64,000 bases of DNA. It comes from Podarcis liolepis. Taxonomy: Eukaryota. The notes under the pieces are model-generated. The model searched no databases and was not told where the DNA came from. It was given only the letters and a program-made list of their open reading frames with translations. Shown here in pieces: positions 9,525 through 22,206 of the stretch. Every line of letters begins with the position of its first letter. The stretch's first letter is position 1. A program made the position numbers and the translations under genes. The stretch lies in NCBI GenBank assembly GCA_965112155.1, contig OZ218098.1, one strand, 5' to 3'.

Positions 9525-10044
9525 GATAAACCACATATGCTTCCTTGAGCATCTCAGAAGATGTGTAATTGTGATAACTAGAGGGCTGACGAAAGGCATT
9601 TTGCCTTCTGAGGCAAAGGTCAGAATGGCACCCCCATTTCACATTTTGAAGATGATTGGACTACAAATTGAAACTTTTTCAAAACTGGTGACAGGGTAGC
9701 ATCCTCCACTACACCTGAGGTTAGTAAGATAGACAACGTGACCTGTTTCAGAATTCAAGGGCTGCCCTCCCACATGAGCCCAGCTGTTGCACTGTTCTTG
9801 GTATGACCAGGAAGCCCATGCACCCCTGATCCCTCTGTTGCAGGAGAAATCTGTAGTGCCTCTTGGTTTATATGGGAATACCTTTCCCCCTGCTTAGGGC
9901 TACGAAATACTACTGTACTTTGCCAGCCCTCTTTACATGCTATTTCTATTGTTCCATTCTATTTGAATTTGTTTCCTTTGCTCTTGTGCCAAACTCTCTG
10001 CAAAATATCAGTTGGCTTTTAACAGGTGAGTAACTGGCAGTCTG

Positions 10045-10400
10045 GGGGACGCGGGTGGCGCTGTGGGTTAAACCACAGAGCCTAGGACTTGCCGATCAGA
10101 AGGTTGGCGGTTTGAATCCCCATGACAGGGTGAGCTCCCGTTGCTCGGTCCCTGCTCCTGCCAACCTAGCAGTTCGAAAGCACTTCAAAGTGCAAGTAGA
10201 TAAATAGGTACTACTCCGGCGGGAAGGTAAACGGCATTTCCGTGTGCTGCTCTGGTTCGCCAGAAGTGGCTTAGTCATGCTGGCCACATGACCCGGAAGC
10301 TGTATGCCAGCTCCCTTGGCCAATAAAGCGAGATGAGCGCTGCAACCCCAGAGTCGGCCACGACTAGACCTAATGGTGAGGGGTCCCTTTACCTTTACCT
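10045..10400 (+). mobile_element. Full-length Sauria (Squam1) SINE
   Basis: GGGACGCGGGTGGCGCTGTGGGTTAAACC head, internal GCAAGTAGATAAATAGGTAC, CCCTTTACCTTTACC tail. Confidence 0.92.
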
Positions 10401-12485
10401 ATGCTGAAAAACTCTCTTACCTATAGGAATGATGGTGTGTGCATGTCTCTCTGAGCACACATCGCCCAGTTGGCCCCTGTTAGGACACTTGCATCCTAAT
10501 TTCCATGGAATTCTATATTTCTAATCAGAATTCTGGAGCAATCTGTTACTTTTAGGAAAACACAAAGCCACCCCAGGTTGTAGTTACTCTTGCCCTAAAC
10601 ATGTGCTGGTTTCAGGGTGACTGAACATACCTATTAAATTGTACGGTGCAATAGCTCTAGGAAGTTGGTTCCGTGTTGACCAAGTACAAAATGCTTTGGG
10701 GCAACATAAATCAGGGGAGTGCAGATTCTCCTTGTTTTAGCAAGCAGGTAGCTAATAGATTTGGTGTCATCTGAAAGCAGTCCCAGATGCTGATCCTGAG
10801 CCTTAAAAGAGATCTGGGCACCTGGGCACCTGCACTTTGTTTTAGGAAAAGGAGATAAAGATCTTATTTTTCAGCTCTGCAGAATGAATCCAGATCAGTT
10901 GTATCCCAGTTTTCTTGCTGTATGAGGCAGAACTTGTTTTTCTGGTGAAGCATGCCAGCCCTTTCTGCACTGGAAGTCCTACACCACTTTTTTGCAGCAA
11001 GCACCAGGATCTCCCTTCTCAAGCAGGCGTCTGAAAAGGTATGATTCAAAGTTGTGGCTTGTGGGTGAGTGGGTGGGTGGGTGAGTGGGTGGGTGTGTTG
11101 TGGCAAGTGGAGGTGGTAGGTTCACAGTGTGCCAGGAGCTTGAGACACCTGTTGTAGGATAATCATAAGCAAACTGGCTCTCCTGTGGATTCCCACTGAG
11201 ACATGATGACATGGAATATGCCTTTGTACTCTAGAGGACAATCAGAATTGTGGCAAGCGGTGCTTGCAAAGAGGAGGCACGGTGTGGCATGTGGCTGCAC
11301 TTTGCCAGCATTGGCATCTCCTCCTGAGTTCCAATGACTGAACATCCTGTGCACCGTCTGAGATTGTCTGCATCCAGCAAATCTGCAGATTGCCCATCCA
11401 TTCACATGAACTAAGCAGCATAGCTTCTGGGAATTGGGTGCACTGAACCAGCATACCCGAGATCCCTCTCCCCTGTTGTGGCAGCAGCAGCAGCCACAAC
11501 AGGGAGAGTCAAGTAAGCATGAATAACAAGGCATGACTGACTCATCGTTGTTTTGGTTTTTAAAGTTGGGGCACAAGATATCTGGAAAATAATGGATAAA
11601 TATATGTGCGCAAAATATTTTGAAGAGAACACCTGTTAATATTTTGCACAGTACGATGCTAAGCTGCAGATCCCATAATTCAGGACTGTAACTCAGGCAA
11701 CCGCTTTCCCCCTGTTAGTTTTCACCTTCGTTGGCACAGTTAAGGTTTTCACGTTGGCTTCTTTGGATCTTGTCTAAACTCTGCTTTCGCAGCGGTGACA
11801 TGTCTGCATGTTGGCTTGAAGAACTGTATTTATCTGCACTGAATATTTTTATTAATAAGCAAGCTACTCAAAACAGGGTTAAAGAGATGGCCCCATAACA
11901 TATAGGTTCCAGTGGACAATGTAAGGCTCATACAGGTCACCGGCCTGGCCTTCGCAAGCTGGATAGCTTGGGAATGCAGCTTGAAGGAAAGGGCAATAAG
12001 CCTAATTGAAAACTAAATTCTGGCCATGTAGATATGGTGTTATTTCACCTGCAGTTACATATCCAGGCATTTTGCAACACTTGCCCATTTGCTTTTGCTT
12101 TTTACATATTTAAAAGTTGAAACCTCTTATCTGAGTGATGGGTCTAGGGACAGGGAATTTTCCTCCCCAGTACAAAACTGTGGTTCTCCATTCATGGTAG
12201 AGACCAGCCTTCAGTGGGGGGAAAGAAGGGGGTTAGCAGCCACATCAAATCCATTGCCTAGCTAGATCCTGGACTGCAGGCTTGCCAACCTTGTTTTAGG
12301 CCAGGGATTACCAATGTGGTAACCTCCAGATGTTCATTGGCCATACTTGCTAGGAATGATGAGGATTGGGAGCCCAACATCTGGAGGACATTGTTCCATG
12401 TGGTTCCATTTCCATGGTACAGACTGAACATGATGTGACTGCTAGTAGTCTTGAAGGGCATCCATTCTGTTTCCAGCAGGGAGCT

Positions 12486-12639
12486 ATGACCCAGCCAAAG
12501 CTCAGCCTACTTCAGCTGCCCTTCCCCGATATCTGGAAATATGGCATGTTGGCACTGTCTGTTCTCCTGCTGGTGGTGGCATTAATCATTCTGACTTGCC
12601 AACTGAGCAGATGCCGGAAGTCCAGCAGATTATGGGAAG
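12486..12639 (+). CDS. Synaptotagmin-like gene, coding exon 1 (short N-terminus, TM helix, basic juxtamembrane segment)
   Basis: Acceptor ttctgtttcCAGCAG upstream; gctATG start; MTQPKLSLLQLPFPDIWKYG-MLALSVLLLVVALIILTCQL-SRCRKSSRLWE; donor AG|GTACGT, phase 1. Confidence 0.75.
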
Positions 12640-13530
12640 GTACGTTACAGAGAACATTGTGGATAAGAAGCATGTGTTCCTTTGGGTTGAACAATTATAT
12701 CAAGGACTAAGCCAAATTAGGCGGAAAATCACGATGACCTATCACAAAAAGACAAGGCTTGTTGGAGTGTTACTTGAATAAGCCTCGCTCTCCTGGGCTT
12801 GCTTCTTACTCTTGTCAGGAACACTTGCAGCCTAACTAGGAAAGAACTGAAGGCAACTGAAGAGGTGCAACTGCTCTTTAGAAGAGCTTCCCCATTCGTG
12901 TCAATGGAGGCATAGCTCTGCGAGCGGATCCCCTTTCCACATCCCCTCTCCTTCCATTAATCTGAATGGGGGGAATTGCAAGCATGGAAGCTGCACAGGT
13001 GCATGAAAACACAAAGAGGGCATTATATCTAGGTGCATGCTGACAAACCTATGTGAGCAGCTTTTCATTTTATTGTACAATACTCTAATGCAAAACTTGG
13101 TAGGAGGCATCATTTCCTTATGACCTCATTACTTTGTAATAAAAATTTTCTATGCGTTCAACCAAGCAGAGGCTGGTCCACCCAGGAGAATGGGGCACTG
13201 CCCACCAACCTTGGTCTGCTCTCAGCCAGCCCCCACCTACCTGCTTTCGTACCTCCAGTTCAGCCTCCTCCTTAGTCTCAGTGCTACATAACTCAGAAGG
13301 GAGGAGGGTGGGGATGAAACTGATATTAGTTGGCTCTGCCTATCATTCACCCTAGCTCTGCCTATTGCCCTTTCTGTCTTCTGCCCAACCAGGGCCAATG
13401 GATACCACCCTTTCATGCTCCGACCCATCAAGGATCCTTTTTGAAAAATATTTGTTCCTTCCCCCCTTATATTCATGTATGGACCTACTTGTCTCTGATG
13501 ATATGCACTCAGCTATGTTTGTTCTTGCAG

Positions 13531-13646
13531 AAAGAAAATTTGCCAATGAAGCCCGGAGAAGGATATCAGAAGAGCTTGCCTTCGAGGGGGAAAGATCGCA
13601 GACACCTCTTCTTGGCATTGCTCGAGAGTATATTCAAGAGGTCAAG
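13531..13646 (+). CDS. Synaptotagmin-like gene, coding exon 2 (linker)
   Basis: Acceptor tttgttcttgcag; phase 1 continues as (E)RKFANEARRRISEELAFEGERSQTPLLGIAREYIQEVK; donor either AAG|GCAAGT (end 13646) or GAG|GTCAAG (end 13640), both phase 0. Confidence 0.6.
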
Positions 13647-13914
13647 GCAAGTATAATAATCCCTGGTTGCAACCATATGTGGAATTACCTGCCTGGCATT
13701 GAGTTTGGGGTAAATTGGTTGTTTCAATTTCATTGTTCTGCATGGGACAATGACAATAAAGATATCTATCAGTGTGCAGCTGTGCATAGCAGTGACTGGC
13801 TGGTGTTGGTAACATCAGAACCCCACCCTTCAATCCCTGAAGTGTTTTACAGCTCTTTTAAATGGGATGTTGTTTTATGTTATTTTAATCAACTGAACCT
13901 ATATAATTAATTTA

Positions 13915-14850
13915 ACATCTATATGAAGCTATTGGGAGCACTCGTTAGGAGTCTTGGAGCAAGGTGTCACTGGTATGCTGATGACATACAGCTCTACTTC
14001 TCCATAACATTTGAATCAGGAGTGGTTATGCAAGCTCTGGACTGGTGTCCGAATGCAGTGCTGGATTAGTTGAGGGCCAATAAACTGTTTAAATCCTGGA
14101 AAAACGGAAGCTCTTTGAGAGGGTGATTTGCATGTCTGGGAGGTAGGCAAGTTACCCATTCTGGACAGGGTCGCACTTCCTCTGGAAGTGCAGATATGTA
14201 AGCTTGGGTACTCCTGGGTACATTCCTGTCGCTAGAAGCCGAAGTGTGGTTGGTCAGCTACAGCCTTTCCTGGACAGGAATAGCCTGACCACTGTAGTTC
14301 ATGCACTGGGGCTGGTTTACTGCAATGTGCTCTATGGATATCTGTTCTTTGGGAGCTCCAGCTGCTGCAGAAAGTGGTGGCCAGACTGCTGAAGGGGACA
14401 TCATTAGACTGCTAATGGTGATAACATCTGCAGTGGCTGCCCATCCACTATTGAGCCAGGTTCCAGGCCCTTGTATTAATTTATCTTAGGTTCAAGATAC
14501 CTTAGGGCTGCCTGAACACTTCTTTTCCTGCTTGATCACTGAAATCATCCATAGGTGCGTCACTGGTTGTCCCACAAGCTGATGGAACTCCTTGGACATC
14601 TACATGAAACTGAGCCTTTCATTGGCCCAGCCCTGTAGAATACAGATTCAGTAGGCATCTTCTGCATTAACCTTTAAACATTTGCCGAAGACTTTTCTAT
14701 GCTGCCAGGCCTATGCAGACAATTAAGAAAAACATTTTCTGTAATAGCTAGTGATCTGTGTTTTTTAATTGTGTATTTATAATTGTTGTAAACCACCATT
14801 TGATCGTTTTAAAATGGTGGTATACAAGTATTTTTTATGAATAAATAAAT
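13915..14850 (+). mobile_element. Decayed L2 LINE, RT to 3' end
   Basis: YMKLLGALVRSLGARCHWYADDIQLYF (YADD) then a frameshifted L2 C-terminus and an (AAAT)n tail. Confidence 0.75.
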
Positions 14851-14931
14851 ACGCCTATAACAGTTCAACCCAATGTTTGTTTACTCAGAAGTCAGTCACT
14901 TTTAAGAGCACACCTTTCTCATTTTGTCCAG

Positions 14932-15327
14932 ATCCAAAGAATCCAAAAGAAGCTCAAGAAGCTTGGGATCTGCTTTTCGCCACCAGCTTCAGAAAATAGC
15001 CATGAAATGGGCAACTTGAGTAGTGATGCAGTTGTTTCTGATGAGTATCCAGGCAAACTGAAGTTCTCGCTTCTCTACAACAAAGAGCAGCTGGAGCTCC
15101 TCTTGACCGTCACAGGAGCCCTGGGCCTACCCATCCAACAGTGCACCAACACCTTTGTCAAGGTTAGGCTGCTGAGCTGGGCCTCCTCCCAGTCTCCTGA
15201 TCTCCAGTATATTGTCCACGAATGGCAGACCCACGTTGCAAAGAACTCCAGCAGCCCAGCCTTTGGGGATCAGTTTACTTGTACCCTGCAGGAGGCCGAA
15301 CTGACAACAAGCAGCATCAAGTTACAG
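14932..15327 (+). CDS. Synaptotagmin-like gene, coding exon 3 (linker and C2A, first part)
   Basis: Acceptor ttttgtccag; GKLKFSLLYNKEQLELLLTVTGALGLP...FVKVRLL...QTHVAKNSSSPAFGDQF is a C2-domain pattern; donor CAG|GTGAGA; 396 nt. Confidence 0.88.
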
Positions 15328-15604
15328 GTGAGAGCGATAGTGGGTAGTCTTCTATAGTTTTACAGAAGGGCGCATTTAGAGAAGAGCTTCGCACATTCCT
15401 GGTTCAGTGTTTTAGCACTAAACTTCTGTTCCCACAAAAAAGTAGGCCAGATGATATGGGCTAGTGTGTCTCAGTGGCTGGTAATGGAGTCTTGGTGAGC
15501 CTGGTTGTTGCTTCAGACCAAGCTGTAGTGCAAGCAGGTGGGGGCTCGGGTGAATCAGTGGCAGGCGGCTTCAAGGGAGTGGATATGCCCCAGAATATTA
15601 AGGA

Positions 15605-15740
15605 GGTCAGCATGGATAGCTCAGTTGGTTAGAGCATGGTGCTAATAACTCCAAGGTTGCAGGTTCAATCCCAGTATGAGACAGCTGCATATTCCTGCCT
15701 TGCAGGGGGTTGGACTAGATAATCCTCAGGGTCCCTTCTC
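15605..15740 (+). mobile_element. Squam2/POM-like SINE (tRNA head, CR1-like tail)
   Basis: TAGCTCAGTTGGTTAGAGC...GGTTCAATCCC followed by GCAGGGGGTTGGACTAGAT..CCCTTC. Confidence 0.7.
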
Positions 15741-15959
15741 ATGCTTCTGTTATGCTGATTCCTCTCCTCGGTAGCCCAGAGACCTGCATCACCCAAGGTT
15801 CCTCTCTTCCATTCCTCTTCCCCCACATATTTTTTTAAATAGACTTTTAAAATATTTTCTAATAAGAATTTTTATTAATTTTTCAATTACAATCCAATAA
15901 TAGCCTCATTATAACAATACCAAATTATAATACAATTTCTAATACCATTCATTCAAATA

Positions 15960-16183
15960 CAGCGGTACCTCGGTTTAAGAACAGCCCTGTTTACAAACAA
16001 TTCGGTTTACAAACTCCGCAAAACCAGAAGTAATGTCCCGGTTTGCGAACTTTACTTTGGTCTAAGAACGGAATCTGAACGGTGGAAGGGCACCGGCGGC
16101 AGGAGGCTTCACTAGGGAAAGCGTGCCTTGGTTTAAGAACAAACGTCCGGAACGGATTAAGTTCGTAAACCAAGGTACCACTG
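15960..16183. mobile_element. Tc1/pogo-type MITE
   Basis: TIR CAG(C/T)GGTACCT(C/T)GGTTTA flanked by TA on both sides. Confidence 0.85.
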
Positions 16184-17207
16184 TACTAAATTATATAATT
16201 TAGGTGGCCCCCTGCATGCTAGATTTGATGGTTTGATTATTTTCTTTATTTCTGCGTTCCAAAATCTTATTAATTTCAATTACATTCCAGTCAAAATAAG
16301 AATCCCTTATACAACAACTGCAATATGAATAACTTCCATTTGTGCTGACACATTAGATGATTTATAGAACTACAAGTGAGGCACTCAAGCTATATCCTTG
16401 TTCTTCCTGGTTGGCAATTATTCTGTCTGTGGTGTTTCTTCCTGTCCTTGTGAAATGTTATGTCGGTTTCCCCCCGGTTGTTGCTGTTGCTGATTTTCAG
16501 TGTACATATAACATGAAAGACAGTTATAAGAAATATTTTTTAAAGGTGGAAAACACAACACAAATAGGAGGCATGTAACATAGGTTCGTCTGTATTTAAG
16601 GTGAGTAACAAAGTCCAGTCCCAAGAGAGAGATATGAAAATGGAGGTTGTTCTCGTATAAATAAAGTATACCGAAGTCAAGTGTAATTCCAAATCTCCCA
16701 GGCTTGTAATGAGGGTTGCCTTGCAAATGTTGGTCTTGCTGTATGTATGTGTAAGAAGGCAACGCCATATCATGTGGAAAGCACCTGGAAGTTCCAGCCC
16801 TTGTTTAAATCTCAAGTCACATCTACATGCAGTAAGGGGTGGTATGTGAGATTCTGAGCCATTTTCCCTTGAACTGCAATAGACAGTCGAGCTGCCAAAA
16901 TCATGTATAGGTCCTCCCCACACATTTGAGAGGTGCCATCTCTCCTAGCTGAGGGAAAGACACAGTTCCCAGCCAGGAGGAGGAGGAGGAGATACTGAAC
17001 TCTTCTGCCGGCTCCTGATTTCTCACTGCAAATGTCCCCCCCAAAAAGGCTCCAAAATGGAAGTGAGCCTAGCTGAAGAGGAGAAGGGGGGGCCTGAGGG
17101 CAGTTGCAAGGGGAAAGCAGTGGCTGCAGGTGGGGCTGAGCACTCCTCCATCCCCCTATGCCCTGCAATCTTTGTTATCTTGTGAAGTGTGGATTGGCTG
17201 GGGTATA

Positions 17208-17852
17208 CAGTGGTTCCTTGGTTCTCAAACTTAATCCGTTCTGGAAGTCCGTTCCAAAACCAAAGTGTTTGAAAACCAAGGCGCGCTTTCCCATAGAAAG
17301 TAATGCAAAATGGATTAATCCATTCCAGACTTTTAAAAACAACCCCTAAAACAGCAATTCAACATGAATTTTACTGTCTAACGAGACCATTGATCCATAA
17401 AATGAAAGAACTAATCAATGTACTATAAAATAAGACAGTATTGTAGATGATAAAAATTAACATTAATATTTTTTTCTTACCTGCACTGCTTATAGTCATT
17501 GTTTGGGTGGGGGGCTTTTATCCATTTCCACGGTCACACAATCAATCAATCAATCAATCAATCAGTAGCTGAACTGGGTTCCACACAGTCACAAAAACAA
17601 ATTAACCAAAAAAGCCTCAAAGACTAAAACGCAAAATAAATAGCAAAAACAAAAGCACCAAACGTAATCCGTTCCAGAAGTCCGTTTGACTTCCAAAATG
17701 TTCGAAAACAGCTTCTGATTGGTGCAGGCGCCCCAGAAACAATAGCCAACAGCTGCATCAGACGTCGGTTTCTGAAAAACGTTCGAAAACTGGAACACTT
17801 CCGGGTTTTTGGCGTTTGGGAACCAAGGCGTTTGAGAACCAAAGTACCATTG
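17208..17852. mobile_element. Tc1/pogo-type non-autonomous element, 645 bp
   Basis: TIR CAGTGGTTCCTTGGTTCTCAAAC / GTTTGAGAACCAAAGTACCATTG, TA flanks; internal (CAAT)n. Confidence 0.8.
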
Positions 17853-19132
17853 TAATTCATTGGGAATCTGATATAAGATACACGCACAGTGAAAGTGTAG
17901 ATCTTGCTTGCAGTACCAGCCACCATACAGAAGCAGAGAAAGGTCCAGATCTGCTGTATAAATAGTAGGCTTAGAAAACAACTCCGGATGAAGTTATACA
18001 CAGAAAAGAAAGCTCCAGCTTGGTAGGCTTTTCAGATACATACAGATGCGAAGCATCACCATTGCCCTAACACCAACTAACTAAGACTGAGACTTGCAAG
18101 CTGAAGTTTTATGACATTTCATACATGAAGCTGCTGTTCTCAAAATGAGGGAAGAAATTGCCTCAAAAAAACACAGGGCTATAGTCATGTGGTTTGAGGA
18201 GTGGGGTGGGGCAGAAAACCCTTTCAAAGCATGTAATGATATAATTTTAATTGTAAATAAAAAACTAGGTGCATCATAGATCTGAACTGCTGATCTTTCA
18301 GCTGCCTATGGAGCAATGCCTCCATCTTGTGGAAATCTCCAATAAGTGCATGTCTTTCCTGCAACCATGGGGTACATGCGGTTGCCCTCTGTTCCACTTT
18401 GTTCCATTCCTTTTGCTTGGCTTGACACATGGTGCCCCATTACTGCTATTTGTGCATTTCCTGTCAGCGTATGTTTCCTTTTTTCTCAATATATTGGGCT
18501 CTTAAGCCATTTTTTTAAAAAAAAAATCCTCCCCCAAGCTTCTCAGGCTGCCTGGTGGACTACATACCTACATTTTATCTTGCATGTAGGGGAAACTGTT
18601 TTTGTGAGCTACACAAAAAAGCAAATGGATAAAATTTTGACGTGTTTGTTGATGAGGTGAATGAAATAGTGCTTTTATCAACCCCAGTGTGAAAGGGAGG
18701 CGGCAACTGAACAAATCAGATAATGGGAAAAGCAACAGCATGGGACTTGTGTTATAAGGAATATGGTGGGGTGTCTGTTCAAATAAGTGTAAAATAATTA
18801 TGAAGGTTATTTCCCAGAAAATCAGTGTGGGGTAGTGGTTGTATTGTTGTATTATGGGTTCAAATCCAGGCCATAATTAATTAATGGAGTGCAAACTTTT
18901 GCACTTGGAATGAAAAGCAAAATATTCATGTGGAAATCACATTAATAACACCTGAACTGAGAAACAGCATCTAGGGTCAACTTACGTGATGCAGGAAAAT
19001 GTTCCTTAAGCAATTTGCGTGAGCAAAGTAAGGCCTGGAATTTCAACACCGTCTTACATATCTGAGTGGAAATTCCCCTGAGGTCTTATGACCTTTACAG
19101 GAAATACTGGGCTGTATTCAACTATGGTAACT

Positions 19133-19268
19133 CCGGCTTCCTCAACCTCGGCCCTCCAGATGTTTTTGGCCTACAACTCCCATGATCCCTAGCTAGCAGG
19201 ACCAGTGGTCAGGGATGATGGGAATTGTAGTCTCAAAACATCTGGAGGGCCGAGGTTGAGGAAGCCTG
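19133..19268. mobile_element. Palindromic hAT-like MITE
   Basis: Arms GGCTTCCTCAACCTCGGCCCTCCAGATGTTTT / AAAACATCTGGAGGGCCGAGGTTGAGGAAGCC. Confidence 0.8.
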
Positions 19269-19678
19269 AACTGTTTCTCAGACTACACTCGGTTAGTCAT
19301 GTCCACTAATTTTAATGGGTCTACTCTGAGTAAAGATTAATTGACTATGACCTATTGATTTGTCTTTTCAAACTTCATATACTATGGTGGTCTATGTGTA
19401 GAAATTTTCAGTTTAAATATTGCCTCACTTTTGAGCTCTTTGTGTGGCTTTAAGCAAACCACTATCTCTCTTCAGTCCACCATCCATAGGGATAATACCG
19501 TCGGCCTAATTTATAGGGCCATTAGTATATCATCATCATCATCATTTCTATGCATATATATATATGAATTGCAGGGATAAATGCATGTGAAGCATTTCAG
19601 GAATAAACACCATAAATCAATACAGATTATTACTGTTATTGTTATTGTTATTATTTTATGATGTCAATTATTCCACAG

Positions 19679-19798
19679 GTTAAACACTTTGACAGATATT
19701 CCCGGCATATGCCTCTGGGGGAAGTGAGAATAGCTCTGAATGCACTTAATACTTCCAGAAAGATCGAATTCTGTGAAGAATTGCAGAAGGCGACAAAG
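19679..19798 (+). CDS. Synaptotagmin-like gene, coding exon 4 (C2A end)
   Basis: VKHFDRYSRHMPLGEVRIAL resembles synaptotagmin VYDFDRFSKHDIIGE; ccacag acceptor, AAG|GTAGTG donor; 120 nt, phase 0/0. Confidence 0.9.
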
Positions 19799-20209
19799 GT
19801 AGTGGGGGATTTCTTCATTACTTTGGAAGAATTCTCAAAATCCTACATTAATTTTTTTATTACAAAATAAAAATTCCAGGTTATTGACACAGAAGGTGAG
19901 ATCAAGAGTAGTGCAAGCAGCCACTTGCTCATGGAACGGGGCATCTACTTCCCTTTCTCACCCCTTCAGCCTTCAATTCACCCACAAAATCTGCTCCCAA
20001 GTGTTGAGGGAACACTCCAGAAATGATTTTGAGGGTGCCTGGTGGGGAGGGGGGTTAGAGTGGGATGGAAAAGGAGAAATAGAAAGTCCCTTTGTGCAAG
20101 TGGATTTCTGTCACACAAGGAGACTGCCACAAAGAGAGATCACCCAGAAAATTCTCAAAAGTACGAAGACATGATTCGTGCATTATCAGAGCTGCAGAGT
20201 TCCTATTTA

Positions 20210-20352
20210 TAGATGGGATGCTTATAAATTTGCAGATGACATAAAGCTGGAAGGAACAGCTAACACCATAAAAGACAGAATTAAGATTTAATGTAATTTT
20301 GGCAAGCTGGAAAACCAAGCTGAAACCAACAAGATGAAATGTAAAAGACAAC
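20210..20352 (+). mobile_element. CR1-like RT fragment
   Basis: KFADDIKLEGTANT peptide, degraded downstream. Confidence 0.55.
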
Positions 20353-20878
20353 AGGCCCGAGGGATTTCAATATCCATGCTGAATCTTACCAAATCAAATA
20401 AACAAGAAATTAACTATTCTGTTGTAAGGAAAACAAGCAAAAGTACAACGACAAAAATTAAGCCAGTTTAACCAAACACCTGGGTAGAACAGAAACATGC
20501 ACACAATACATTCGAACAGATTAAACAACCAACGGCCTTAGTAATAGTTCCCACCCTGTTTTTCACTTAGAATAGCCCACTCTGTGCCAAGTAGACTTTC
20601 ACTCTGTGGCTTTTGAACAACTTACTACCTTTCCCCGCCATGAATTGTTGCCCACAAGCATCCACAGGAAGAAACTGCCACCCCTTGTCCATAGAAGCAA
20701 CAGAGTAAGAAACAGACACAAAATAAAAAGCGGGTGGCAATAAGCCATAGCTGATTTCTCTCTCCCCCATTCCAATCCAAAGGAAATTCCTGGGCCTCAA
20801 GGTTGGTAAGGCTGAAGGAGAATTGCAAGTGGATTTGCTGGCCTTCCCCTCCAGCGTTTCCCTTACATCTTTTCACAG

Positions 20879-20990
20879 GACACAGTTGGAGAAGTTCTTG
20901 TGTCACTGAAGTGTCTTCCGATCTCTCAGAAGATAGAGGTTGGGCTACTAAAAGTGAAAACTGCCTTCTTGTACAACAGTCCAGAGAAAC
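20879..20990 (+). CDS. Synaptotagmin-like gene, coding exon 5 (C2B start)
   Basis: DTVGEVLVSLKCLPISQKIEVGLLKVK resembles the LGDICFSLRYVP C2B start; tttcacag acceptor, C|GTAAAT donor, phase 1. Confidence 0.87.
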
Positions 20991-21623
20991 GTAAATATAT
21001 CTGTTTTCTTGTTCTTTCCCTGATGTTTGGGTGCTGCCTCCTTCGGACCTGCTGTCCCACCTGGAAAGCGGTGACTCACAAGAGAGGTGTATTCTTGAAT
21101 ATGTTGATAAAAACTGACCCAGAGATGTAGAGTCTTGGTATCATTAGAGCCAGATTAAAGTTCTACAGACACTGTAGCAGTAATAGTTGAAGGTGGAGAG
21201 TGTCTTGGGAAATGATCATTTTCTCCTCACCCCATGCATTAAAAGCATAAAGTCAATCTTGAAATCCCAGCTCACTATCTCTGTCCCCTTGAAGTTGTTT
21301 CAGGCTGTAGTGCAGGAAGTGGTCCAAAGATGTGACTGAAGAGAATGAATGTAGCATACTGCTGAGCACAAAAACTGAGATAGGTGGGCTGGAGAAATGA
21401 CCAAATAATAATAATTGAAGGGAGTGGGGGAACTATATAGGGACCTAGGACCCTCATCTTCTGATAAATGGAAGTCCAGCTTTGATCTCGGACACCAGCA
21501 GATACAAAACTACAAGGCTTTTCCATACAAAGATGAGGACTACAGGCTTGCTTTTTTTTTTGTTTTTTGTTTTACTGGAATATGAGTTCATGTTTATCTA
21601 AATTTCCAAAAGATCTCTAGAAC

Positions 21624-21810
21624 TAGGGCTACCATACATCTGGATTATCCTGGACATTACTGGGATTTCAAAGGTGGGGTGAATTTCCAAAAAGCAACAC
21701 TTTGCCCTTTTGGGTTTTCCTTTAAAAAAAGCTCAAGAATGTTGGGGTCTTCCTAAAAAAAGAGCTTTCGATGTATTCTGGTTTTTACTTTTTGAAATAT
21801 GGCAACCCTA
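21624..21810. mobile_element. hAT-like MITE
   Basis: TAGGGCTACCATA / TATGGCAACCCTA termini, flanking repeat CTAGAAC. Confidence 0.55.
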
Positions 21811-22206
21811 CTAGAACCCTTGTTTTATATTCTGTAATTGCTTTCTTGCGACCAAGTTAGAGATTAATATGCATATCCAGTTTGCTCCAGAGTATGTTGT
21901 TCTTAGTGCTTCTGAAGCCTTAGCTCATTATATCTCATTTGCAGTGTTAGATTCTTCCTCCTTTTGCCTCTCTTGTATGGCTGTGTCACAGACATTTGTA
22001 GTCTTCCCTCTCCCAGAGATAGAAGGTATTGCTGCTTCCAATAATCGTCAAATTCCTCCCTCTCAGCCTTAATGCAAGGAAAAGATAAATTATTAAATCT
22101 CTGCCCAGTTCAGAGGAATAGTTGTGATCTTGGGTCAATAACTCCAGAATTGACAGAGACTCTGGTGTTCATGTTGCCACTCCTTCTGATGCTTTTTCTG
22201 TTCCAG

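Noticed and set aside
13365-13910. 181-aa ORF as a stand-alone gene
   Set aside because: Only 13531-13646 is bounded by splice sites and in phase with neighbouring exons; the rest is intronic read-through.
15605-15680. tRNA-like sequence
   Set aside because: SINE head joined to a CR1-like tail; acceptor stem not intact.
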